DNA of 64,000 bases from Mytilus edulis (lineage: Eukaryota), in NCBI RefSeq assembly GCF_963676685.1, contig NC_092344.1, positions 104,160,001 to 104,224,000 on the forward strand, written 5' to 3'. This document shows, piece after piece, positions 13,110 through 23,295 of the stretch. How positions within the stretch are numbered: the stretch's first letter is position 1; each line of letters opens with the position of its first letter. Made by a program: the position numbers and the translations under genes. Under the pieces are notes generated by a model that was not told the origin of the DNA, made no database searches, and saw nothing but the letters and a program-made list of their open reading frames with translations.

Positions 13110-14948
13110 ATGAATCCTGACGCTGAAATTTTTTATCCTGAATATTTGAAACGAAATCAAGCACGTAAAATTTTTTCTAGTTCCAATACGGTAGTATATG
13201 AAGGTAATAGAGATTTTTCAAATTGTTCAGTTTGCAAAGAAGTACACAATTTAGATAAACATTGGTTTGAGTTTTTAGAAAGATCTGTGTCGGATCACGA
13301 ACTTATTATGAGTTCGCAGAAGTATAATTTTGAGGATAGTAAAATCCCAGTGGTTTCGCATTTGAATATAGACTTCTTCAAATTCATGTTAACAGATTAT
13401 TTTGATAGAAACATTTGTCAATTTTTGGAATTCGGTTTTCCTATTGGTTGTGAAAATTGTACTGAATTTTCTTCTGAGAAGATCGTTCAAAATCACAAGG
13501 GAGCGGTCGAGTTCCCGGATGATTTAGAGAAATATTTGAAAAAAGAAATCGAGAAGAAAGCAGTATTAGGACCGTTTCACGTAAATCCGTTTTCTCATGA
13601 TATTGTCATTTCGCCGCTGAATAGTGTTCCCAAAAAAGGTTCTCAGGAACGGAGGATCATCTTAGACTTAAGTGTAAAAGGAGGGGGTGCTATCAACGGT
13701 TATATTGACAAAGACAGCTATTTAGGAAATGAGGTTCATTTAAAATATCCAAATGTTGATGCATTAGTAGAGCTTATTAAAAAGCATGGTCGGAACTGTT
13801 TTATTTTCAAACGGGACTTGAGTAGGGCTTACAGACAAATTTTCATTGACTTACACGATGTGCACTTAGTTGGATACAAATGGAATGATCATTTATATTT
13901 CGATAGAGTCCTCAGCATGGGTTTGCGATCAGCTGCTCATATTTGCCAGCGTGTTACAAATGCAGTTGCTTTCATGTATCGGCAAATGGGATTTGATATA
14001 GTAAACTATTTAGATGATTTTGCGGGGGTGGAATCAGTTGACAGAGCCGATAAGGCATATATTGAATTAAAGCGTTTACTTGATTCCTGTGGTTTAGAAG
14101 AATCGTCTCATAAGGCAGTTTCTCCTAGTACTAGGATGGAGTTTCTGGGGATAATATGTGATACTAGTAAACTTTTGTTACAAATTCCTGACGATAAATT
14201 AAAAGATATTCAGGAAATTTTACTTTTTTGGACAAACAAGAGATCTGCCAAATTACGCGATATTCAATCGTTGGTAGGGAAATTAAATTTTATGGCGAGC
14301 TGTGTTAGACCTGGACGTATATTTATGAGCAGGTTGCTCAATTGGCTTAGATCAGCTTACGATCAAACTGGTTATATTGTAGTGCCTAGTTATGTTCAAA
14401 ATGATATATTGTGGTGGGTCAATTTTCTACCTCATTACAACGGCATATCAATGATGATGATAGAGGAATGGTCGATACCGGACGAAGTTTTTTCTTCTGA
14501 CGCTTGCTTGTCGGGTTGCGGTGGTTGGTTTGGTGGAAAATTCTTTCATCAAGTTTTTCCAGAATTTATTATGGAGTCTAATCTACATATAAACTGTCTC
14601 GAGTTATTATCTATTATAGTATGTTTAAAGTTGTGGGCGCAGTGCTTCAGGGGAAAGAGAATTCGTATTTTGTGCGATAACATTACTTCTGTTACTGTAA
14701 TTAACACTGGTAAGTCCAGAGATACCTTTTTACAGTGTTGTCTGAGAGAACTTTGCTACATTGCTGCTATATACGAATTTGAGATTAGGGCTGTTCATTT
14801 AGCAGGAACTGACAATAGGTTACCTGATTATTTATCGAGATGGCATACTTCGGATAAATTTGCTGCATTGTTCTATAATGCGGTATCAGGTTCATTAGAA
14901 GAGTTTAGTGCGGAAGAACATTTGTTTAAATTTTCGCATAAGTGGTAA
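13110..14948 (+). CDS. Ngaro reverse transcriptase / RNase H
   Basis: RRIILDLS, KRDLSRAYRQI, MGLRSA, YLDDF, FLGI; RNase H residues in SSDAC, HINCLEL, CDN, DNRLPDYLSR. Confidence 0.93.
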   Translation: MNPDAEIFYPEYLKRNQARKIFSSSNTVVYEGNRDFSNCSVCKEVHNLDKHWFEFLERSVSDHELIMSSQKYNFEDSKIPVVSHLNIDFFKFMLTDYFDRNICQFLEFGFPIGCENCTEFSSEKIVQNHKGAVEFPDDLEKYLKKEIEKKAVLGPFHVNPFSHDIVISPLNSVPKKGSQERRIILDLSVKGGGAINGYIDKDSYLGNEVHLKYPNVDALVELIKKHGRNCFIFKRDLSRAYRQIFIDLHDVHLVGYKWNDHLYFDRVLSMGLRSAAHICQRVTNAVAFMYRQMGFDIVNYLDDFAGVESVDRADKAYIELKRLLDSCGLEESSHKAVSPSTRMEFLGIICDTSKLLLQIPDDKLKDIQEILLFWTNKRSAKLRDIQSLVGKLNFMASCVRPGRIFMSRLLNWLRSAYDQTGYIVVPSYVQNDILWWVNFLPHYNGISMMMIEEWSIPDEVFSSDACLSGCGGWFGGKFFHQVFPEFIMESNLHINCLELLSIIVCLKLWAQCFRGKRIRILCDNITSVTVINTGKSRDTFLQCCLRELCYIAAIYEFEIRAVHLAGTDNRLPDYLSRWHTSDKFAALFYNAVSGSLEEFSAEEHLFKFSHKW

Positions 14949-15019
14949 TTACGTTGATAAAGTTTATATTTGAACAAGCATTGGACAGCCAATAAAAGAA
15001 ATTTTTGAATGCTTTTCAG

Positions 15020-15990
15020 ATTTAGAATTATTACAGTTAAAAGAGGATGTTAAAGTTTCTACTAGAGCAGCATATGCGCTAGGATCGAAGAAAAACTTAT
15101 TAGTCCAATGGAGAGCCTTTTTACTATTTTGCACGTACTTTAATATGAGTTTTATTCCTGCAAATTTGGATACTATTTGTTGTTATGCACAATTTCTCAG
15201 TCGGTCTTTTAAATCTGTAGATTCTATTAAGAATTATATTAATGGTGTAAAAGTTATGCATTTAATGTTGGATTGCTCTTTTCCACACTTAGACAGTTTT
15301 GTTTATAAATTACTGCTTAAAGGATTGTCACGAACCAAGTCACATATGCCACGTAGAGCTTTACCCATTTCACCAGATATTTTATTAGAGATGGTGGTAC
15401 ATTTTAATTTAGAAAATGGTTCTGATTGTGTATATTGGTGTCTTTTTTTGTTTGCCTTTTTCTTGATGTCCAGGAAATCTAACTTAGTTCCAGATTCTTG
15501 TTCTCAATTTGACAAGAATAAGCAATTGACCAGAGGTAAAGTCTTTGTTGTTAACGATATTGCTATAGTTGTTTTTGAATGGACTAAGACTATTCAACAT
15601 GGGGAAAGAAGATTAAAGATTCCGTTGGTTAAAATCCCTGGCTCTGTCCTTTGTCCGGTTTCTGCGTATAATCATATGTGTAGTAAAGTTCCGGCATCTC
15701 ATGATTCCCCTGCCTTTGTTATAAGTAAGAATTCGAAGTTGACACCAGTCACTTATGGTCAGTTCCAGAGAAAGCTGAAATCTGTTATTCTGAAGACAGG
15801 GAGAGATCCTAATCTATATTCATCACATAGTTTTAGGAGAGGTGGTGCCACTTTTGCATTTAGTTCACATGTACCTAGTGATCTTATTCAATTACACGGG
15901 GACTGGGCAAGCGATGCCTATAAAATATATTTAGAATTTTCTATGAAGGATAAAATTTCTGTAGTTAGAAATATGGCAAAATTTGTTTGA
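15020..15990 (+). CDS. Ngaro tyrosine recombinase (frame open from 14974; first ATG 15145; probable splice acceptor at 15019)
   Basis: Catalytic R (SRKSNL), K (WTKT), HSFRRGGA, HGDW and Y. The N-terminal segment AAYALGSKKNLLVQWRAFLLFC lies in frame upstream of the first ATG. Confidence 0.9.
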
Positions 15991-16001
15991 TTGTCTTTCA
16001 G

Positions 16002-16528
16002 AAGTTGTGACCAGTAAGAAGGTTTTGGTTTTTACAGATTCTATAGGGAAATATTTGGATGACATAATTTGCATGGATTTGGTCGCGGTCAGAGGAGCCA
16101 GGATATATTCTTTAAGAAACATGATTAAGGGTAGAGATATATGTTTAGCTAACTATTCTCATATTATTATTCACTTAGGTACGAATGATATAGTTAATAA
16201 CTCTGTTGACAAAATTATTGCTGATTTTAGGGAACTTATTGTTACTATCAAATCTTATTCATCCAGTATTAAAATTTTTATATCTTCTATTCTGCCAAGG
16301 CCTGTTGATTTTTCTTATACAGGTAATAAGTGTAAAAGTGTTAATTTAGAATTGAGCAGGATGTGCTCTAAGAGTAATTTAAGCTATATTAGGTCTTTTA
16401 AAAGATTTTTTCATAAAGGCATTCCAGTAAGGTCATTATTTGCTTTTAAAGATGGTGGGCTTCACCTTAATGAAGCTGGGCAATATGAATTGCGCCAGTG
16501 TTTCCAGCATGCTATTAATCATATGTAA
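16002..16528 (+). CDS. SGNH/GDSL hydrolase ORF of the Ngaro element (no ATG before the catalytic Ser; acceptor at 16001)
   Basis: Blocks VLVFTDSI, VRGA, IIHLGTND, DGGLHLN. Confidence 0.85.
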
Positions 16529-16594
16529 ATAATTTAGTATTTTGTATTTTGTCTTCATGTATGTCATTATTATTATTTAGTTTTTATAGGCTAG

Positions 16595-16810
16595 CCTAAA
16601 GGGAGTGTTTCATTCCTTAGGTGTTTGAATTTTCAAGGGAGTGTTTCATCCTTTGGATTCATTAGTGTATATATGTCTCTTTAAGGTACTCTACTTTTAG
16701 GAGAGATTTCCGTGAGTATCTCCTAAGTAGATCTAGCAGCTGAAGAAGTGTTTTATTCTTCCTGCTTGGAGTTGAACTTTCAAGAGAGTGTTACATCTCT
16801 TGGGTTTAAC
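16595..16810 (+). other. Structured RNA element: four stem-loops sharing the apical motif AGTGTTWYAT in the Ngaro 3' UTR
   Basis: Stems differ in sequence but still pair (AAGGGA/TTCCTT, CAAGGGA/TCCTTTG, GAAGAA/TTCTTC, CAAGAGA/TCTCTTG). Confidence 0.75.
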
Positions 16811-17200
16811 CACATCTGTAACTTGTTTGGTTTTGTTTGGCGGGCTAGTTTGGCGGATATTTAATTTTTGTGGCCCGCCTTAATTTATATTATTCTAGTT
16901 TAACTGAATAAGTATTAATATTTGTATATGTATTGGTAATTGTTCTTTATATTATTGTAATTCATGTATGTAAAGATTTATGTTTTCGGCCAAATAAATT
17001 TATATTATTATTACAGTCTTTTATGAAGCCAAGAAGTAATTGGTTTGTTTTTTCTAAAAAAAACTAGTAATTACGATGCGAAATATGTTCTAGTTACCCC
17101 CCTTTGGCCGATCATTTGATATTCTCGCATAACTGATTTTGAATTGTGTTCACTCCACCTTTAGTTTTAAAGTGAATTCTTTTTCCTAGTCATTACATTA

Positions 17201-17640
17201 CAAGGGGTACAATCAAAATCACGTGATGGATATACACACACCGGAAGTTACAATCGAACTCGCCGCTTGAAAGGTTAGTAGTTGCATTTTCTTGTTTATA
17301 TCAATTAAATTTTGATTAATAAGTTGGCACACCGAATGTCGGATAGTATGTAGTTTTAAAATACACAATTGTTTTTGCTAGAAAGCGTGCAGTTATTGCA
17401 AACACTTCGACGGTGAAATTTTGGAACTGTGTCGAAGTGTTCGCATTAACTGCACGCTTTCCAGCAAGGATAATTGTGTATTTCAAAACTAGATAGTATC
17501 CTACATTCGGTGCACTACCTTATTTATTAAATTTTATTGATATAAACAAGTAAATACGACTACTTACCTTTCAAGCGGTCTGCTCGACTGTTACTTCCGG
17601 TGTGTGTATATCCATCACGTGATTTTGATTGTACCCCTTG
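17201..17640. mobile_element. 440-bp fold-back MITE inserted in the Ngaro A2 repeat, 5-bp TSD CATTA
   Basis: TIR CAAGGGGTACAATCAAAATCACGTGATGGATATACACACACCGGAAGT with its inverse at the right end; arms pair almost to the centre. Confidence 0.88.
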
Positions 17641-19218
17641 CATTAGAATACGTTAGAGTAATCAGATCGAAATTTACCCACCCGCCCTCTCCTTTTTTTT
17701 TTATTTTTGTCAAATTTCTAGTTTATTTATTTTATTTTATTTTTGCATTTTATGCATCAGTAACTTATGTGGCGGATATTTAATTTTTGTGGCCCGCCTT
17801 AATTTATATTATTCTAGTTTAACTGAATAAGTATTAATATTTGTATATGTATTGGTAATTGTTCTTTATATTATTGTAATTCATGTATGTAAAGATTTAT
17901 GTTTTCGGCCAAATAAATTTATATTATTATTACAGTCTTTTATGAAGCCAAGAAGTAATTAGGTATAAACTACAACAAAAGTTTTATTTGTTTTATATTT
18001 TTTTCTAACCATTACAATAATTATGTTGGTATACAAAATTTTCTTTTAATAGAAGACTACTTATCATATACTAAATGTCACATTTTTAGTGTTCAGGTAC
18101 ATTTACTTTGATTTTAGTGGATAATTACTCATCAATTGAGATGCTCCTGAATTGGAGGAAGATTCTAAAAACAGAACTTTACAGAAAGAATAAATGAAAA
18201 CTCCCGTTCTCTCCCCTATCTCATGTATCTCCGATTGACATTGTTTACCGCGAAAGTTGACCTACAAATTATAGCCTCAGATTAAAGCATTGCATGCTAG
18301 TATGTGAATCATCTACACTACAGCAAACATCATTAGGTTTATATTAAACAAATACGGATTTTAAATTAGTATACAAATACTGTGAATGATTTTAATATTG
18401 AATAAAGGATATCTCTGTATAGTGTGGCATTCCAACAATGACGTCACTAGGTTAGATATATTTCGAATATTTCGTAGTACTGATTTTTCCGGACTGTAAA
18501 AGAAACGTATATAGTATAAGGGAAAGCTCAATATACGATAATTTCACGAGAAACAGAAGTAAAATATGTAAAATAAGTGTTTAAAGTCAATCTGTTCTCC
18601 TTGTCATCAATTTCAGTATGACATTTTAAGGGGGTTTCCAAACTATTAAAACAAAATGATTGACGTGAGGGCATGGAACTCTGGCCAACCACATAAGGGA
18701 ATTGACGGCTTGAAGCCGTCTTTCCCCAAAAAACTACACATTTAATATCCAATATCTTAAGAAACTTACAATGTCTCCATAACCTGTTACCAATGTAACA
18801 TAAACACAATCAACATGATCAAAATGTTTACCTTTCTGGAAGTTACCATGCAGATGATGTGCTCAGGCATATGTTATTACTGCAATGTTCTTGCAAACAT
18901 ATAAAATAGTCAAATATTTCAAGTCTGCAATCTAGCTGCGAGCATTCCTTATATTTTCAATTTTCCTTCAATCTAATTGCCGAAACATAAATGTACCTGT
19001 ATACTTGCTAAATATTGCAATGGAACACCGTCCGACAATGATTGGGAAAATCATTACAGGCAAGTCAAGGCTCTTCTAATGTTGAAGTCTCAACTTGAAT
19101 GGCAAACACCTGTATTAAGCTAATAAAACCAGTAATATTTATAGTTTAAACCATTTTTTACACGTCCGCAGTTTGTCAGAAATTCAAACTTTTCAATGTC
19201 TGAAAGTGGACAGTATAT

Positions 19219-20326
19219 TATGGCAAGCCGTGCTCGTCAAAACTATGTTTAAACCCTTTTTTTCGAAAACAAAAATACATACTGAGATTTAAAAACCTAA
19301 AATAACACACTGAGAATTCAAAATTACACACCGAGATTTTAAAAAGATACACTGAGATGAAATAAATTGAAAAACACACACTGAGAATTGTTAATTACAC
19401 ACTGAGATTTCAAAAAATACACACTGAGATTAATATGCAAATTACTAATGAATATTCATGAGATGAATAATTCAACAGATTAATATCTTGATCTCAAGAA
19501 CTCTTGTCATTATAATGAAATTCGATTCCTTCAACCAACATTTGTAATAAATTTCAAGACTTAACATCCTCTCATATTCATAAGTTTGTTGCCTATAATT
19601 CGAATCATTACTACCAGTGTATCGGGATTTTTTTTTTAACTTAAAACCGTTTAAGCATGGGTCCCTTTTCAAAAGTCTTCCAACTGTTACCCTGATTTCG
19701 CAAGGTAATCTTTTATATTTTTGTTACGTTTATATGCTATAACAGACACTTGAGTAAAAATTTCACAATTGTTCCAATGTTTTCTTATAATTTTAATAAA
19801 GTTTTTCACCATTTGGTAATATTTTGTAATAAGAGTAAGTGGGTATTTTTCTTGTTCTTGTATTTCTAAAGTTTTTTTTATAAATAATTTGGAACCAAAT
19901 CGAAGGACTAACGAGTTCTGTCCCCTAGTTGTTTTAAGCTTGTAATAGATTCAGATTAAGTATGCTAATTAGATATGTGCGCATAAATCTCAGTGTTTAA
20001 TTTTAAATTTTCAGTGTGTAATTTCAAATTCTCAGTGTGTGTTTTCAGTTTATTTATTCTCAGTTGGTCTTTTTGAAATCTCAGTGTGTAATTTTCAATT
20101 CTCAGTGTGTAATTTTTAATTCTCAGTGTGTAATTTTCAATTGTCAGTGTGTGTTTTTCATTTTTGTAATCTCAGTGCGTCTTTATGAAATCTCAGTGTG
20201 TAATTTTTAATTCTCAGTTTTGTGTTTTGAAGTTTTTTAATCTCAGAGTGCTTTGTTGTAATTCTCAGTGTGCAAATTTTTCGAAAAATGGTTTAAACAT
20301 AGTTTTGACGAGAACGGCTTGCCATA
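19219..20326. mobile_element. Non-autonomous DNA transposon with TATGG..CCATA ends and 6-bp TSD (IS3EU-like)
   Basis: ~50-bp TIR TATGGCAAGCCGT(G/T)CTCGTCAAAACTATGTTTAAACC; inverted arrays of ACACACTGAGA / TCTCAGTGTGT; GTATAT on both flanks. Confidence 0.8.
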
Positions 20327-21202
20327 GTATATCATATACATCTACATCTACATGGGTAATCCGTAAAGAGTCGGTTGACGAAGCAGAAGAAGAAGCACGC
20401 AGAAAAACCTCCCATCACAGCTTTTCATTTATGTTTAAAGAATTCTTTTGGTTTATGGTATTTTTTCTATACATCACATAGTTCAAACTTAGTTCCACAG
20501 CAAATTCCTTCAAAGTAAGACCATGCTACATTCGTACAACCATTAATTCAAATCCTTCATTTTTTTCAAAATAATATTTTTTTCATTTAAACAAAAAGTG
20601 TTCAAAATTAAAGAAAATTTGAAATAAAAAAAATTAAGGAAGATTTATTTGAAATGCATTTTTAATATGCACAAGACAGTTTTGGCGTCCCATAGTATGT
20701 ATATGATACATATATGCATGTGACGTAATCTGTCAATATAAAAACAATCAGGTATACCGAAAGACTTTCGGAAAGTAGAAATTGACTTCTGGGAAATCAG
20801 CTGATTGATAACAATAATACTGACCAAGGAGATTAGTCTAAACGAAGTTTTCGGTAAGATATCTTAATTTAAAGAATGCCAAATGGAACAGGGAGATAAA
20901 ATGAAAATAACTCAGTTCGTCATATTTAAATGTATGCATCATAAATAAATATGATATTTGATATACTAGTATATGAAAAGGTCAAAGAACGTAAGTGGAA
21001 TACACTGTGGCACACATATCTTTATTCCTAACTCATGAGACAGCTAGAGGGGAGTCAATAAACATGAGCAAACATTAATCACAAAAAAAGCAAAGAAAAA
21101 GAACTTAACTGAGTCTGAATTCAATAATAATTATGATACAAACTTCAAAGACCTTCAAACATATTGATTCAGTGTTGATTTAAACAGGTTGGGAGCAAAC
21201 CC

Positions 21203-21828
21203 CCTGTATGGTGATTATATCTCTATAGAGGGATAATCCTTCTTTAGAGGGATAAAATTATCCTTCTATAGAGGGGTATTTTTGTTTGCACTGGATTTAA
21301 AGCAAATTAGGTCAGAATGGCATTATCTTCTTATATTGGCAATAATCTCTAGCATTATATGCATCAATATATGCACTTTACTAAAAATTGGGATAACCAG
21401 TTTTCTGCTAAAGTGACAAAACTTGCAATCTATTGTAAACCTATCTGTAAACCTATCTGAACACCTGATCAACAACGAAAGGAATAGTTGACCTTTAAAT
21501 TTCATGTTAAATCTAACAATAGAAATTATGTTCAGTGAGGCATAAGTGAGTAGAATTTACCTGATCATCACAGCTTTCAATCATGGTGAACAATAGATTT
21601 TATATTTAGTCAGATAAGCATCAAACCTCGAGCATCAAACTGGGCATGTACATATTAAATTAAGTACATTAATTGGTGTATCAACTGTTCCAGGTTACTG
21701 CCATAATAAGTAGAGAATGCCATTCTGCCCTATTTTGATTTAAATCCAGTCTAAACAAAAATACCCCTTTATAGAGGGATAATTTTACCCCTCTATAGAA
21801 GGATTATCCCTCTATATCCTTCTACAGG
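21203..21828. mobile_element. MITE with ~120-bp imperfect TIRs
   Basis: ATAGAGGGATAATCCTTCT...CAGAATGGCATT mirrored at 21716-21828. Confidence 0.7.
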
Positions 21829-23238
21829 AATAAAAAAAAAAAAGCATAGCAAAATCCAGTAAAGTTTTTGATATAATGATTTTTTTTTTATTTCAGGTTA
21901 AAATTTATGTGTGTTATTAAACGTCAATACAGATTGTATAGAAATGTGAATTTATGGTATGTATAGTAGTGAAAATAAGTCAACAGGTTGTAGCGCGGAA
22001 CGGTTAACGCCCTTACAACCCTATGAAATTAATAAAAGAAGCATTCAATACTAATAAAAATATTTTTTTCGCCATGATCATGAAAACAGGATTACTATCT
22101 AGTTTTTATTTTATCAACCAGTGCACTTTATTGATGAAACGTGTGTCATCATGAATACATTTCAAAATGAAGGTTAATTTTAGAATGATGTGAGATTGCC
22201 TTTAGCCAATAAAAATAATGTATTACAATGAAACAAACATCTAATGTAATTATCAAATATACGCGTACTGGCAGCTATTGCATGAATAGATGTTTTACCA
22301 ATTATTTAAAAGAAATTACTAGATAGCAACAGAAAAAGCCGTCAATGATCTTTCCGAAGTTGGATTAAAAACAGGATTATTTTCTAATAATTCATTTGTG
22401 TAAGACGATTTTTCACTAAAACTGGAACGAGCTTAAATACGGTGTACATACAAGACTTTTTTTTTAAAGAGGATGCCTTAATTTTTGCCTGCTTGGTGTT
22501 ATTGATAAAAAATCAATTGCTCGAACTTATTAATTATCTCACATTTCTTTCCTAAAGGGTAAGTTTTTAGAATTTGGACAACATTAAAACATATAATCAT
22601 TTTCATAACAGTGCGAACGGTACCATTTCTTTGCGCGCTATTCTATGTTGATACCCACTGGAAGGACTCTGATAGACTGAGTGGGCGTCAAATCATTGCT
22701 ATCGATAGCCGATGAAAAACTTAAACTTTCAAGGGGCATTTGCCGCAAAAGCTGTCTAAAGAATGTTCACCGATTTGACCCAATTTTTATATTCGCCTTA
22801 ACAAACTAAAACGTACATCACAATAAAAAAGTCTAAAATAAAATTACGATGCATAAACTCGAAATGATGTTTCAACATTTCGTGTGTATTTTAGTCTAGA
22901 CGCCATCTAATTAACCATCGAGGTGATCTTCCGAAGAATGCCGAATGTTATGTAACCCCGTGTGAATATAAACAAAGATTATAAAGATAGCGAACTCGCG
23001 CAATTTGATTTTTCTAGGTCTGTTTGATTTCATATAATAGGTTTAAACAATATGTAAATAATCGTTTTTACGTGTATAAGAATAAGTTTTGTAGATCGAA
23101 TCAGTCAATCTATGGTTTACCCTTGTCACTCTCAATGGTGACATTATTTTCCTTTTACTTGCTGATCTTGCCTATTTCATCTCTAGCAAAAAGGTTCAAT
23201 TGAAGTTCTCATGAATACGGATTTAATGAGGTCGATTT

Positions 23239-23295
23239 TAATGAATCATTCACTTGCAAAAGCATATTATGCTTTTGCAAGTGAATGATTCATTA
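23239..23295. repeat. Perfect 57-bp palindrome (28-bp arms, 1-nt centre)
   Basis: TAATGAATCATTCACTTGCAAAAGCATA-T-TATGCTTTTGCAAGTGAATGATTCATTA. Confidence 0.85.

Larger units (their letters stand above)
11758..17960 (+). mobile_element. Ngaro-type DIRS-order tyrosine-recombinase retrotransposon with split direct repeats (A1-ORFs-B1-A2-B2)
   Basis: Order is gag, RT/RNase H, YR, SGNH, with no methyltransferase domain. A repeat CATTACATTAGAATACGTTAGAGTAATCAGATCGAAATTTA at 11758 and at 17191-17676 (split by a MITE). The 191-bp B repeat appears identical at 16851-17041 and 17770-17960. Confidence 0.93.

Noticed and set aside
16740-16766. CTGAAGA as a hammerhead ribozyme core (CUGANGA)
   Set aside because: No stem II followed by GAAA and no stem III/UH; the bases are used in the repeated hairpin stem.
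17201-17640. MITE arms taken as the inverted terminal repeats or ICR of a DIRS1-type element
   Set aside because: The segment has its own TSD and interrupts A2, so it is a secondary insertion.
11758-17960. Prophage or bacterial integrase-RT (retron/DGR-like) system
   Set aside because: Split direct repeats, gag-like ORF, RNase H and spliced eukaryotic neighbours identify a DIRS-order retrotransposon.
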